In this document: positions 34,344 to 48,459 of the stretch, piece by piece
Layout: the number at the start of each line of letters is the position of its first letter
Position numbering within the stretch: position 1 is the first letter of the stretch
Assembly (NCBI GenBank): GCA_907165135.1
Contig: OU015569.1
Span: 1,798,001-1,862,000 of the forward strand
DNA: 64,000 bases
Source: Oikopleura dioica
Taxonomy: Eukaryota > Animalia > Chordata
Direction: 5' to 3'
Notes under the pieces: generated by a model
The model's input: the letters and a program-made list of their open reading frames with translations, nothing else
Told to the model about the DNA's origin: nothing
Database searches by the model: none
Made by a program: the position numbers and the translations under genes

Positions 34344-37239
34344 TCATTCCTCATCTGGTACTGGCTCTTCGAATTTTCTCTTTCTTCCTTGAATCGCTGC
34401 ACTTTTTACCGTCTTCGTTCGAATAGATGAGATGCTCTCGGCGTTAGAATCGGCCCATTCCAGCACCAAACGTCTTAATTCAACGATTAGACGATTTCAA
34501 AGTAGTTTTTTTTTTATGAGCGAGCTGAGCTGGCTCGTCTACACCTTGGCGGATATAAGTACGCGAGGGGAGACTCATCACAACATTGGTGAAAATTCTA
34601 GCCATAAAAAATTCCAAGGATGAATACGCTAATAATAGAGTTGTCGCGAAATCAGAGTTAGTCGCCTTCCTGGTGACAGCAGTGGTGTAAAAATTTCTTC
34701 AGACACTGTCTAGCAGACAAAAGCTAGCCAGCACAAAGCTCAACGGAAACCAAATGAGCCAGCTCAGCTTGCTAAGCTAACCGGAAAGATCTTGATTTTG
34801 CTTCTAGTTTTACTAATAAATGCTCGAGTACTTAAAAATTTTCGGACGAGGTATTGTGACAAACGAATTTCGTCGCGACAATGTAGTCACTATTATCAAA
34901 GTAGTAAAAACTGGTCGGACTGCGAGTCAAAAGCAGGGCTCGTCCGGGATTTGAACCCGGGACCTCGCGCACCCGAAGCGCGAATCATACCCCTAGACCA
35001 ACGAGCCACGTTGGCGGCGCCACCCCAAGGCCACTACAAATCACGGCCTCTCACCTTCCATAAATATGCGTCGACAGTTTCAACGCCGCAAATGCGGAAC
35101 TCGCGTCCGCTGCCAATTTGTATTCGACAAAGGCGAAACCACGATGCTTTCCAGTCGGATTCTTCGGCATTCGAACGAATTTCAACTCGCCAAAGGTCGA
35201 AAACAGCTGCTCCAGTTCGGGAACTTAACGAATGAGGGTAAAAGCATCCGAAGATAAAATGAAGTTTATCTTTTTTCTTTACCTTGGCATTGGAAAGGAA
35301 CATTCCTGACCATGATCTTAGATGAGCCCTCTGGCTGATCTTGGTTTTTCGCTTCTTGACGATTGTTAAGTTTTTCTTCCTCTTTCTTAGATATTTTCAG
35401 GTTGATCCGGTGGCCGTCGAGTTCAATTCCCTGGATCGTTTTCACTGCTTTGCTCGCCAAATCGGGGCTGGCCATTTTCACCCATCCGTATCCCATCGAC
35501 AAGTACTTTCCTCGTTCCAAACGCTTTGAAATCGAGCACTCTGCTACTTTGCCCACCTTCTTCTCAAACAGTTCCTTCAGGCCTTCATCAGTTGTCGCAA
35601 AGTTGACATTTTTCACGAAGATCATTGCTCCGCTATTTTCCATCGAAGACGCGCTGGTTACAAGTCGCTTTTTCACCGTTTTCTCGTCTTCCAGACAGTC
35701 AATAATGGACTTTATATTGAGGCCAAAAAGTTTTGACAGCTTTTGGTTAAATTCGTTAAATACTTTATTTTGTCAGAATGATTAAAGTCCCTTCCTGAAG
35801 GAGCCCATTCCAAATACAGCGGCCTATCTCCAAATCTCGAATACGCTACTGCCTTGAACGCTCTCTTTGCATTAATACTTCCATCGAACTCTACAAGTGC
35901 TGCCAAGCCACTCGGAGGCATGATAATTCTCCCAAGGCCGCCGAACTTCTCGAACTTGAAGCGCAGCTCTGTCGGCAACGCCCCCGAGGGCAAATTCTTG
36001 ACGAGGATGATCTTGTCGGATCGTGTGGCGTCTTTTTTGAAAGTATCTAGCTTCACTCCGTGATCTTTTAAGTACTCGCTAAAAGTTTTTTTCAAGATCA
36101 AAATCACATCGTTAAAAATTTTCGCGCAACGAGCAGATTATCACAAGGTGTACCAAATCGACTCGATTACATCAATGAGAAACGGGGGCTACTGTTGCTC
36201 TAGGATAAAAGTTACCTTATGTCAGAAACAATTTGGGATTCGCCAAGGGCCAGTTGCACTGCCACATCGTCTCGTTTCATGATTTGGTCTTTGCTCAGTT
36301 GATAGCGTTTGCTCATTTCGTCGGCGACCGCGTTCGCTCCGACGAACAAGGAATTCCAGGAGAAGTCTTCCTTGTCTGCATTTTCCTTCATCTTTGCCAT
36401 TTTCTCTTTTTTATAGCTTGTGTTCAAGTTCGGATCTGTTCGCGGGACATAATTCTTCTTCGCAACTGCTTCTCTACCTAAATTAAAAAATCCTTGAAAA
36501 TAGATGCAAGGAAAACGGATTTTACCAGGAAGTACATGCATAATTCGCCCCTGAAAGCTAGAACCATCAAGTTCGGCCATTGCTCTAACCGCGTTTTCTG
36601 GCATCTGATATTCGACGAATGCAAATCCTTTTGGTCTCTTTGTCGTTTCATCTGTCGGCAAAACCAGCTCGGTCAAAGTTCCGTATGATGATAGCAAGTC
36701 TTGAGACGGTTCAAAACTGAAAACCTCAAGCAAAGGTCAGAAAAAACAGAATCTCAGTTGAACCATTTTCCTTTCAAATCTGTTTCGGTGCACAAATACG
36801 ACAAGTTTCGAAGGAACAATCTTCCAGTATCCGCCACATCTTCCGTCTTTTCCTCCTCTTTTGCGTCCTCTTCATCGTCCGAGTCAACCAGATCTTTGTC
36901 AACTTTTGCCTCAATAAAGGCTTTCTTGTCATTTTTAGGCTTTTCTTTTCTAGCTTTTTTGGCGCTGCCGGCATTGCCCCGGAAGTCCTTCGCGAGTTCG
37001 ACTTTGATCTTGTTGACGCCGACTTTGGCGCCGTTTAATTCGTTGAGCGCGCGTTGTGCATCCTCCGGCCGCGCAAATCCAATAAATGCGATTCTTCGCG
37101 AAACACCGTCTTCATTTTTCAATAACCTACAGTCTGTTATTTTCCCACCAGAGCGGCTGAAGAACTCGCGCAGAAATTTTTCATCGCAGTTTTTCGTCAA
37201 GTTTTTGACACATATCCTCGACTCCTCGATTTGCGTCAT
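34344..37239 (-). CDS. RBM19: Multi-RRM ribosome biogenesis factor RBM19/Mrd1
   Basis: Five RRMs seen; WNSLFVGANAVAD, VQLALGESQIV, LYLEWAP, HIYGR|RLVLEWAD. Confidence 0.95.
34936..35007 (-). tRNA. tRNA-Pro(CGG)
   Basis: GGCTCGTTGGTCTAGGGGTATGATTCGCGCTTCGGGTGCGCGAGGTCCCGGGTTCAAATCCCGGACGAGCCC with downstream TTTT; inside RBM19 intron 34474-35054. Confidence 0.97.
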
Positions 37240-37444
37240 TCTGGTATTGGAATATCAAAGCTGGAGGCTTAGAAAAATAAAATAAAAGTATTGTGAGAAA
37301 TTAAAAAGTGAAAGAATAAAAAAATTAATGCGAGCTTGCGCCCATTATGACAGGTTTGATAGGAGGGACGGGAGGGAAGTATTGGCTCTGGGAGTGGCTT
37401 TTGAAGGTTCAGACTTTTTTCACTCGAGTCACGTGATTTTCCCA

Positions 37445-40400
37445 TCAAAATAGAAACCGAAAAGAACCATTCCTGAAGGCAGTTGTATCTCTTTCAATTG
37501 AATCGTCGTCGGGAGTAACGTTCAAATCGTCGTAATCGTGTTCGTAGGAATTCGTTACTCTCGGAATCGGACTTGGAACATCAACGTCCCTTGACGGATC
37601 GGAAATAATTGTCGACGACTGTAGACTGCTAACTGAGTTTTGCGGGAGAACGTCATGAGTCTCATTTAAATCCAAGGCGCGGAGCAAGTTGCATGGTGCT
37701 TCACTAACATCTGTCGGGCTTATTGTTTCATAAAGAGCCGTCGGTTTCGATTTTTTATCGACCGCCTTGGCGAGGCTCGTTTCGTTGAACCACAGGAACA
37801 TGCAGAGTTGCTCGCCGCCGACGGCAAAGCCGTCACTGCTAGCGTCAATCGCAGTTACTCGCTCTGGGCACTCGACATCGTCGATGTGCATCTTCATTGT
37901 TGGCGACCACAACTGATTAGAAAGTTGAAATCAAGGAAGAAAATTTGGAAGACTGCAATTATGCTCGGTTCAGGGCTTTTCCTATCCCTACATTATAAAA
38001 TAATAAAGGATGAACCGAGAATAGTTACATTATTCCGAGATTTATACCTTAAGTTGACCTCTTGCATAAGATAGGGTGAACGCCTTTACTGAAGCGGTAA
38101 AGAGCAATCTATCGGCGTCGGTAGCATAATGCATCAGCTTCTGCCGCTGGATAATTTTATTCTTTGAGATAGAAATTTGGAACGACGAATAATCCTCTAA
38201 CACAACAATGAGCACAGTCTCTGCGATGAAGATCCAGTTGATAATACACCCTTCATTTTTTGTTTGAATTTTGGCTGAAGAATTATGTGTTTTTGAAGGA
38301 AAAAGGGAGCAATTACCAATTTGATCTAAATAGGGAGAGTATAATTGAATTTTGCTGCGCGATGATCGGCACAATGTCGTTATAAATTTGCCATCGGGGC
38401 TGGGCACTAGCTTGTTTGTTGAGTGTCTGTTCGCACCGTCTGTAATTGATCTCGACACATGAAATCTTCCGTTACTATAAAGTACAACTGCAATGTCGCC
38501 TTGAGAATCCAAAGTGTACAACACACTTTGCGAATGATAAACGAGACTTCGTACGCTTCCTTCGTTGAAACTTAGGGATCCTCGAAGTTTGCCAGGCTTA
38601 TCTCCAGCTTAAAAATAGCAATCAAGAGAATGTACAATCTAATGGCCAACTTACATAATTCATAAATGTCGATCCTTCCTGACACGAATCCCAAGGCAAG
38701 AGTTTTTTCTTCTTCATCAAGTGCTAGCGCTGTCAACTGCTCTGGCAGTTCTAGCTGAAGAATTTGAACAAGCGTTTGAAATTGACTCGAATCCCAGATT
38801 CGAACATCAGAGCGTGAAGCTGTCGCAAGTAGATTATTTGTAAATGCACAGAAGAGAATCCGACTGCGGTGGAAACGCGTGAGGGTTCGAAATTGCCTCT
38901 TCGGCACATTGAGTAGCCCGATCAATTTAGCATCGGAGACAACGAGGACTTCGTCTTCAACTGGATTGTCGGTTGGCACGAACTTTACAATTCTGTAGCC
39001 AAGAGCGAGCTCGAAGGGAATCCTTTCGTATTCAGGTGTCCAGCTTCGTACAAGGCCATCTGAAGTTCCCACTAGGAGGCAGTTTTCACGAGCGAGAATG
39101 GCGGTAACTTCGTGAGACTTTTGCTTGTGGAAGAGTTGGTGGGCGGAGAGAAGAGTCATCCTTTCGGGATCTATTCGCAGAAGAGTTCCGCCCTTAGTGC
39201 CGGCGAAAAGTCCCATCTCGCTGTAAGTGAGAGTATTGACGATGGAAGTGGCTTGTGTACCAAGGTTAACAGCAGCAGAGCGCAGATGATTCTGATGACG
39301 AGTTCGCCAAATACGCACGCCTCTGTCCCCTCCAGTGACGAATTCAAGAGGTTCTCGCTTCGAGATGATGACTAGATCATTGATCTGCTGATCGGTGCTT
39401 CCTCTGCAGATCTCAACTGGATTATATGGATCTGAAAGGTTCCAGAGAGCGACGGAGTTGTGGCTCGAGCCGAGCTTCGTGCACTTGCCGGCGATTACCA
39501 AAGTCGACTTTCGAAAATCCATGAATCGAGCAATAATCGACGTGGAAATAATCGACACAAGCCTCTCCCGGTGGCGGACTCGAAGCTCACCTGTAACTTC
39601 CGATGAGACAGTCAAATCGCCAATTTTGACAACGCAGATTATATCGAACTTCGACGCGGGGTAGCATTGCTGCGCTAAAGTTTCTTTCGACATCCGAACG
39701 ATATTCTTTCCACAGCCATAAAGTATGTGATCTCCATCGTCTACCGGCATCGCTGTAAATCCGCAAGTTGCTGCTATGCCGTACTTTTTACTGTTCCCCT
39801 CTTCTCTCCATGAATCTCGTTGACTAGCCTTGTATTTTTCAGTCGTAGAAGTTATTTCGGGTGATATCCTCTCGGGGTGGATTTCGCCCTCGATCTGACT
39901 TGTTTCTGGTCTGAATTCATTGAGAACTTGGACAGACGCGATCGGAGGTACTTCATCAAAACTCATTTTTGAACTGATTGGACGGATGCACGCTCCTGAA
40001 ACGGGCCTAGTCTGCAGTGGAGGGCGTGCTTTAGAAGAGGCAGGGCGAGGCGGACACTTCTGTTGCTGTTTGTGAAGCAGATCAGACTTTTTGCAACTTC
40101 GTAATCGTACTCTTCCGTCGGGAACCTGACCATTTGATACTTTCTATCCCAGAAGTCGTTTCTTTCGACAACAAAGTTCATTTCTCTTGGCATCGGCGCC
40201 AAGTTATCAGAAATATTTCTGAAACCTTCTGCTCGCGCTTGTTTGATCGATATCTTCGGATCGTATTCTGTATCGCTCGTATAACAGCCTTTTACGGTCA
40301 TGTCAGAGCAAAGTTGAACCTGCCGAATGTGCGAGAATGTTCGACCAAAGTGAATGCGCAGCAGTTGTTTTAAATCTACGATGAACATGAGCCAGCCGCT

Positions 40401-40861
40401 GATTTCCGGCGCACGGCCAGGGCATCCCACGTTACCTAAAACATGCATAAATTACTTGGTTTTCATTTTATTCCACCGAGAAGATCAGCGACAGTGCTTC
40501 TTTTGGGAGGAATGACGAATGGGAATTGCGCCATATTTGCGGCTAGACGTTTGTTTTTGTACATGTTGGAAAAGGAAACGCGGCATGTGAAGTTTTCTTC
40601 GCTGGCGATGTCAAGATGGAAGACAAAGTACTTGAGGGGAGTTGGACGAAAAGCGAGGTAGAAGAAACGCCCGTTGAGACTGACATGTCCGTTGGCAGGG
40701 ACTTGGATAAAGTTTTTGGCCGATATGTCCCCAGAAATGGACCACACTTGCGAACGGATGAGATTGTTGGTCTTGGCTCTCACTGCACCCTGCGTGCGCG
40801 CTTTCTCATTTGGGCGGTATGTTTTGAGCAAGGAGACAAAAGGGTTTTGCCAGTACGACAT
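37445..40861 (-). CDS. WDR90: WDR90/POC16-like centriolar protein (CFA20 domain plus WD40)
   Basis: N-terminal WQNPFV...NFIQVP...GRFFYLAFRP..KYFVFHLD...RVSFSNMYK, then WD40 repeats. Confidence 0.85.
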
Positions 40862-40959
40862 TTACTGCGATTTCAGAGCATTCTGAAAAGTAAAAGCTGG
40901 CATCTTTTAACTTAAGTAAAAAATCTGCAATAATAAGGTGCATGGGACTTTTCTAGTTT

Positions 40960-43731
40960 TCATTTCTTTTTGAAGTGGAGTCGGGCAGTGTTCACGAGGT
41001 GGCGCATTGTCGGTCTACCATGAGGACAGTTCCAAGGCTACGATTGCATATTATTAACTGACTCTCACTATTTCTCTTTGATTAAAAACGTACCTGGTCC
41101 ATGGTAGACATGTTTTTGAGCATTCGCTGCATTTGGTATCTTTTGAGGGCCTCGCCGATCATCACTGACGAGCGACAAGCTGCCATGGCATTTATACGTC
41201 TAATTTTCGACGGCTTCGGATTAAAGTCGCCTTCGTTAATGAGGAACAGCATCTCGTGCACGTCCTCTTCTCCCAGTGTCGATCGTCCTACGCGAGGCAC
41301 CGCCGTCATTCGAACACAATCGGGGTCGGAGAAGTCGAAGTTGAATCCATATTTTTTGAAGAGGGCAACTTTCTCTTGGAGAATTTGATCCTCGCCTGGA
41401 TTGAGTGTCATGCGTTTTCCAATAACTAGCGGCTGGGACTCGATTTTCTTGCTCATTAATCGCTCGAAATTAAACTTCTCGTCGCAGGCGTGCTGATCAA
41501 TTAGGAATAGGTCCTCTCTCAGCTGGCCAATAATGAATCCTCTGTTAAACTGGCCGACGACTTCCATTTTCGTGAAATCCTCTTTCGAGAATTTCTTCGT
41601 CAGTTCCTCTTCGGCATTCCTCTGGTCGCTCAATTTCGCGTAAAAGCTTCGCCCTTGAAAAATTTCCATTTTCCTACGCTCTTCTTTTTCTTTAGCCGCT
41701 TTTATCGACTCCAGGGAGATTTTTATCCGTGGCCCTCTTTGCTTGTGCTCCCTCCGCGGTTCGGAATCGTCGTCGTATATAATCTTCATTTTCTTGATCT
41801 CCTCGATTCCTTCTTTCACTGCCTGAGGGAGTTTGTTCGTAGGGATGAGATCGATGGACTCTACTCGTTTCCCTTCACTTTCGCTTTTATCTGAACTGTT
41901 AAGACTTTCTCCAATTCGTTTTAACGAGTCAGCGAGGGCCTCTACATTGTCTTCTGTCTGTGGCTTCTCCTCGAATAGATCAACTGAGTTATCTAACTCT
42001 TCGCTACTCGGGTCTTTTTCAGGATTTCCTTCAGAAGCCTCGAAGTCAATAAATTGTCTAAAGGTCTTGTTAATACTTCTGAAAGCTACAGAGGTTCTTC
42101 TTGTAAATATCTTGTAAAGCATACCTAGCGAGTATCGCTTCTGGCGGCAAGGGCTTTTTCTTCGGCTCGACCACATCGTCTATAATGAAGGAGTCGGTTT
42201 CAGTTCTAGTGGAGGTTAGTGGCTCCGGGGTCTTTGGCCTAACGAATTCGATGATTGTTGATTCTTCTTCTTTCGGCTCATTATTGGCAGTCGGCAGTGG
42301 CGTGTAAAACTCGATGATGTTTCGCTGCTTATGTTCTGGAGACATGGATACATCTTCGGAATTTCTTTCTTTTCCAGTAAAAGGCGGAATCGGTGCGGTA
42401 AAGTCTAGTTTTGCCATTTTGGAAGGTCTTTGAGTACAATCGCTTTCAGGATCTTGCGAAAGAGTTGCGTCACTTTGAGTGAAATCAACGGAGTTTTCAG
42501 CGAGGCTACTAGTTTCCCTGGTCGACTGAGTACTGAAGCTCGTACTGAATTGATCCATGGATAATTGCGTCATTGAAACGACATCGCGTTCCGTAGAACC
42601 CCAGATGTTTTGTAACAGCATTCGAAAGCGAAATTGACAGTGCTTCTGATTCTGCAAGAGCACGGTTCTTTTGTCGGGGGCCAAATTGATATCCACCGCG
42701 CTTTGGTCCACTTCAATATTGAGGACGACGACTGGGTACTTTCTAGACGTTGTTTTTCGCCATTCTTGATTCATGATTCGCGAGAGAAAGGGAGCATCAA
42801 TAGGTCGTCCATTTACAAAGAAAAATTGACGATCAGGAGAGGTTCTCCCGCCAGAGTCGGTTTTCGAAATGAAACCAGTAAATTTAAAGATTCGCGCTTT
42901 TTCAAGGTGGCCTTCAATCACTTCCTACAAAAATTAACCAGTTCAAATGTGATGGGCATAATTTGAAATGACCTCGGTTGGTGAATGAAGATTCCAAAAC
43001 GATTCGATTTCGTCTCGACCGGCATTGAAATCATCTTCAATTTCAACGAGTCCTTTCGCAATTTCACCGCCAAGGACAGTCGATATTTTGCCTTTCATTC
43101 CTTCCCCAGCTCGAGTTTGAATTTCCGTCTTCATCGACCGCCCGTTTTTCGTTGTAACGACGATTCTGGCGTTTGCGATCAGGGCATAACTCATCATCGT
43201 TGCCAGAGCTCGCTGTGCCTCGCGCTTGGCATTTTGTTTGAAAACGCTTCTGCGAACTGGAATTCGATGAAACAGGTTCTCAACTCGTATTGTCGTTCCA
43301 TTGCTCGACTGGGCTTTTATTTCCTGCGATATTATCGAGCCGTACTGGTCAAATTCCAACGCCGCCCCGATCTGATCCGCCGCCGTCTTCGTAAAGACCT
43401 TGAGGGTAGAGATCGCCCCCAAAGCCGCAAGAGCTTCCCCGCGAAATCCAAAAGTGCCGATCGCTTCGAGATCGTCGAACTCTTTTAACTTAGAAGTAGC
43501 ATGTCTCATGGCGATTTTGTCGTAGTTCTCTGCTGCTATTCCGGAGCCATTATCCTTCACCTCGATCAGTTCAACGCCGTTGTCAACGAGCGTGACGGTA
43601 ATTTTGTCTGCCCCTGCATCCAGTGCATTTTCTACGAGCTCCTTGACCGCTACGGACAAGGAAACGACCACTTGATTAGTTGATAACGAATGTACTGTTT
43701 TCTCGTCTAACTCGGAAATTCCTCGCTTCAT
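40960..43731 (-). CDS. PMS2: Mismatch repair endonuclease PMS2
   Basis: KELVENALDAGA, GFRGEAL, DQHACDE, ACRSSVMIG, spliced PWNCPHGRPTMRHL. Confidence 0.97.
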
Positions 43732-43808
43732 CGTTCTTTCTCCATTCTAAATTTAAAAATTGGAATGATTGAATCTTTTAAAATTGGTTTTATTACAAAT
43801 TAAAAGAG

Positions 43809-44357
43809 TTAATCCTCCACGTTGAGCCAGTTCTGATTGCCACGTCTGGCCACTGTGTTAGCCACAAAGGGCTTAAATTTGGACTTGCGCAAGCTATCAA
43901 CAGGTGGAGCAATTAATAAGGGAACTTTTTCACGGATAACTCTGGTCCTCGCCGTAAACGCAGCCTTCTTCGTTCCTGGGTAGTCATAAATCAATTCTTC
44001 CTGGACCAGTTCGCCTTGCGAGAAATCAGAGTACTTGGGTAGTTCAAGATTTGTTCGAACGTTTCTATTTTGCCATAGTTTGTGGTTAAAACCTTACATT
44101 GGATTTTACAGTGACCAATTGAATGATTAACATCGTCGAATTTGAAAATCATGACTCTAACGGTCATTTAGAACCACAAGATTTAGAATCCAATCCTTGA
44201 AAATTTGATTTTGGCTCTAGGTGATTATCTCTGTGTGTTTGTAGTTGTACTCCGGGAGATATTTCTTGATGAATGTGCTAAATTCACCCTCAATAATCAG
44301 CCAAGACATAATATTTTTTGAAACAGCGCAAATTCGGCTAAAAGCAGCTCGAATCAT
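43809..44357 (-). CDS. MRPL41: Probable mitoribosomal protein mL41-like
   Basis: Presequence-like MIRAAFSRI; IREKVPLLIAPP...KFKPFV resembles the mL41 motif (KEMVPEFVVP...KLKPYV); exon chain partly unresolved. Confidence 0.45.
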
Positions 44358-44622
44358 ACCGGGTAGTTGCCTCTATGCCGGGCATTCTGCGCCCTGGATG
44401 TGTAAAGCTTTCCCTGCCCGTGTGGCGTAAACGATAGCGATAGTCCTCTTTTACAAACGAGAATCCGATTCATTCTTGGTGATTCAACGTTAATTTCAAG
44501 ACAAAGACGCGACTCGTTTTAATAATAAAATATATTTTATGAAATAGAAAAATATCTCTCATGTGGTAATAGAAAAATAGTTATGTTTATACAGTTAAAA
44601 CGCGAGCGAAACGAAGGATCAC

Positions 44623-47194
44623 TTATTGAAGAGCTGGGTTATGCTGGTAGAGATACTCGGCCAGGAAGTCGACGGGATCCGTGGGTTTCACCTTGGCGCA
44701 TTCAATCAGGCCAGCTGTGAGAGTGGGCATCACGTGAGTAGCAACATACTGGCGGAATGGACGGGCTTTTTCTTCCAAAATTTGCTTAATTTCATATTTT
44801 AAAAGAAGATGATGATGAAAATGCGTACCCTTTCTTGTCGTCGGACTTCTTCGAGTTGAGCGGTCCAAAGCCCGATGTTAGCTTTTCGGGCCTTGGCTTC
44901 GGCAGCCTCTTTCTTGGCTTTGAGGGCTCTTGAGATTGCATCACGGGCCTGTTGATCTGCCAATTCAACGCGAGCGAGCTCCTAAATCCGTGAACTTATT
45001 CCGCACGGTCCTAAAAGATGAAGATTTACCTCCTTCTCTTCAGGAGTGAGTCCGTAATGTCGAGGGGGGCCGACAGCCTTTTTGATCGCTTCGATAATGG
45101 GTGCGTTTTCCTCGTCATTATTTTGAGTTACATCTGCGATGACGGGGTCGATTTCCATTTCACTGAACCAGTGGATAACGGTGTCTTCTTCCGCTCGATC
45201 GGCTTGGAATTGAGCGTGACGTCGGAGAAAACCCTCTTCGTTATTGTGAGTTCCTTGGACGACTTCTTCGGGCAGATTCATCATTCTTTCCTTCAGGAAA
45301 TCATTTGTAGCTGATAAGTCAACGACTAAAATTAACAAAGTTAAGCGACCGCAGATAATGATCCCTACTCACTCATTTCTGGGACTTTATTGCCAGCAGG
45401 TTTGCCCTGTGGTTCTCCTTCTTCGTCCATTTCTTCGAAGATGGCTTTCGCTTGAGCATACGTTTTGGGATAACCGTCGAGGACGTAGCCTTTGTTCAGA
45501 ACTGGTTTGGATTCGAGTTTTTGTTTCAGTAAATCGATGATGAGCGATTCTTCGATGCGTCCATCGTTTGCCGCCATCGACTCTTTCAGCTGAGTGAGAG
45601 TGGCTTCGGCTTCGGAGGCTTTTTCTTGGACCTCTTCTTCTTCTTCATCTGTCAATTTAGATTAGTTCACGAATTCAATATGATATCTGACTCAGATTCT
45701 GAGGGGAATGAATTAAATTCACGTAAAAACTCACCATCTTCAGCTGGAGCATCTCCCTTGGCAACAAGTTGTTCAAGATTTTTAATGGAGTCTTCAATGA
45801 CTGCTTTTACGTGGATGTGATGGATTTTGTAGTGCGCTGCGAGTTCAGTAGCGACACAAGTTTTTCCAACACCCGGTGGGCCAAGGACAATGATTCGAAT
45901 AGGGAGAAGGCCTCGCGATTTCTTGTACTCCATGACGACATCTTCTACCATTTCGACGAGGCCGTCTTCGCAGACCCAACGGAAGGTGAAGTCGTTGCGG
46001 ACGGTGCCACCCTCGATCATCAAATTGCACGAGAGAGCGTCCAAGGCCAGTTGACTGATGTCATTAGTCGCCTGGGCATCGGCCTTGGGCACAACATTAG
46101 TTCGTCCAGTTGTAAGAGTGCTGGAAACGCGCTTGACGATGTCGCGCACGGAAGAGTGAGACTGATCTACAGCCAGAATGTATTTCGTCTTGGGCATCAA
46201 GTCGATCGTGTACAAAACTGTTGAGGCCAAATCTCGAACGTGGATCATCGGCACAACTGAAAGTTTTCATCGTTAGATCATCTAACTTAGATGCTATTCC
46301 TAGTAAAGAAGGACATACTTCCTTGTCCGTAGCCACTTCCATAGATAGGCAACGATTCATCCCCACTCCATGCGGCTTTGAACATCCAGTGCAAGAGCGA
46401 TTCTCCATCACCATAGCAAATACCCGCGCATATCACGTAGCAAGTCAGATATTTCTTCAGCTGGTTTCCCATTTTGATCGCGAGCTAAATTCAAATTATT
46501 TGATCACTTGAGTTTTCAATGTACATTTAAAAGTTCTTTATTCAATGAGTACCTTTTCGAGAGCAATGTGATCTTTGAATTTGGGACTTGTTCGACGTTT
46601 TCGATAGTCGTCTTCGGTGAATGGAATTTCTGGATCGTCTGGGTCGAGGTGCTTCGTCTCCAGCCATGTCATACAGGTCGAAGCGAGGACAAACGTTTTT
46701 GGAGCTGTAAAGTGCTGAGCTTCCTATAATCGTTGTAAATTTTTGACAGAGATTGAGTGAGATACGAACCTGTTGAATGAATTCCAAAGCAGCCATGGCC
46801 TCAGCAGTGTGTTCTCCTTCAGCGATCGAGTAGATAATAACATCTGCCGCCATGATCGCTGCTTGGACAGAGGCAGAGTCATTTTTCACGATTCTGCAGT
46901 TGAAATCCGGCTCTCGTGGCTCTTCGCCCTCGATTTCCAAAAGAGTTCCAGAGACGATGAAGTTGCTCTTGATTCATTTTTAACCAGAGTCAATAAAGAA
47001 TAAGTTCTGTACCTTGTTGTTTCGGGCATTTTCGAGGGCTTCTTCCTCCTCCTCGGGCTCCACTGGCGGAGTATGTGTTCACATAGTTTACGAAGACCTG
47101 GATTAAGTAGTTAGTTAGTTGGGCGATCGAGAGGTAACTGTCTTACATGTGGAATGCGTGGTCCGTCCTCATGATTCTCCTCAATGTCTGACAT
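44623..47194 (-). CDS. AK7: Adenylate kinase 7
   Basis: IYGSGY..PMIHVRDLA, GPPGVGKT, GYVLDGYPKT, C-terminal Dpy-30 motif (VMPTLTAGLIECAKVKPTDPVDFLAEYL). Confidence 0.93.
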
Positions 47195-47410
47195 ATTCTT
47201 TCCGGAGTTTTGATAAACTAATTGTCTAAATCACAACTGCTGTCAATCAACTCTAATAATTAATAACTAACAACGAAATGCGCATTGTTCTAGAAGTTCC
47301 TGCCTTTCAAAAGCCATTTTATTTTGTAGTTTGACGAAGGGAAAAAGGGCTAACACCTGAACTTTCTCGAGCTAACTGTGGGAAGGTTACAAGTTGTAAT
47401 AAAGAACGAT

Positions 47411-48391
47411 TCAAGCAGATATAGGTTGAAATTGCGTATTGCTTTCATAGTATTCCGATTGATCCAGGGCTACTTCGCAACTTTCGCGGAGAATTTGAGC
47501 AGAACTTGTTCTAAAAAGGTATCAGAAGAAGAGGCCGATTAATCTTTCTCACCGATGTTTCTTTAGACATTCACTAGCAACATCACTTGACATATTTCCG
47601 AGTGCTTCTGCAGCTTCATGCCGGACCATTCCATGCTCGAGTTCGTCGTCGACAACTTGGACGAGTCGCCCAGTCGCGTGTGAGCCCTCTTCCCCAAGCT
47701 GGCCAAAGACAAAGGCGATTTCATGTCTAAACAGGGCCGATTTCGTTTCTTTGAAGCCGCTCAAAAGGGCTTCTATGCATTCATTTCTTTCCGCCTCTGT
47801 TTTCATCTTTGGCAAAACGTCTCGCAAGCCGAACATCGCCCTGTAACGATCGAAAAGCGAGAGTTCCGTGTTCATCAGCGCCTTGCTGAGTTTTGCGACG
47901 TCTTCTTCTTCGGATCGCGGCGCTGGATCGACCGAGTTGAATCTGTTTTTCATCAAGTGCTGCTTGTCCGGATGCTCTTCCAAGAACTTGATCTTGTCGA
48001 AAGCTAGTTCGGCCGTTTCCCTAACTTCTATATCCCTATCGTTTGCAGCGAGCTCTTTCAGCATTTCAAGATAATCTGGAGGGCCAATGGCGCCGATCGC
48101 TTCCACCGCTTCGTGTCGAACTACCGGTTCTTGTTTCATATCATTGAGACAGTTCTTTAAAATCTCCAGCGCCTTCTCGCTCTTCGTCTGGCCCAGGCAA
48201 TAAGCGACCTCGTGCTTGAGCAACTCGGAAGAATCGGCAAACGCCTTGCCCATTTCTTCGATGCATCGGTCGGTTCCAAGCCCTTTGAGGGAGAAAAGCG
48301 CGCGAAATCGACGAGCCAAGTTCTCCCCTTCGAAATTGTTCAAAATGCCGCTGTACTTTGTGATTAATTCGTCGAGCTCCTGTGCGTTCAT
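47411..48391 (-). CDS. DOHH: Deoxyhypusine hydroxylase
   Basis: RFRALFSLK, LLKHEVAYCLGQ, VRHEAVEAIG, FRHEIAFVFGQ, VRHEAAEALG. Confidence 0.97.
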
Positions 48392-48459
48392 TCTAAAATC
48401 GTCAAAATTATTGTTCTCGAAGCCCAAAACAGTTTTTAGACTTTTGTCTCTTCTTCAAT

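Noticed and set aside
35218-35233. Exact 16-bp match to 51932-51947
   Set aside because: About the size expected by chance in 64 kb
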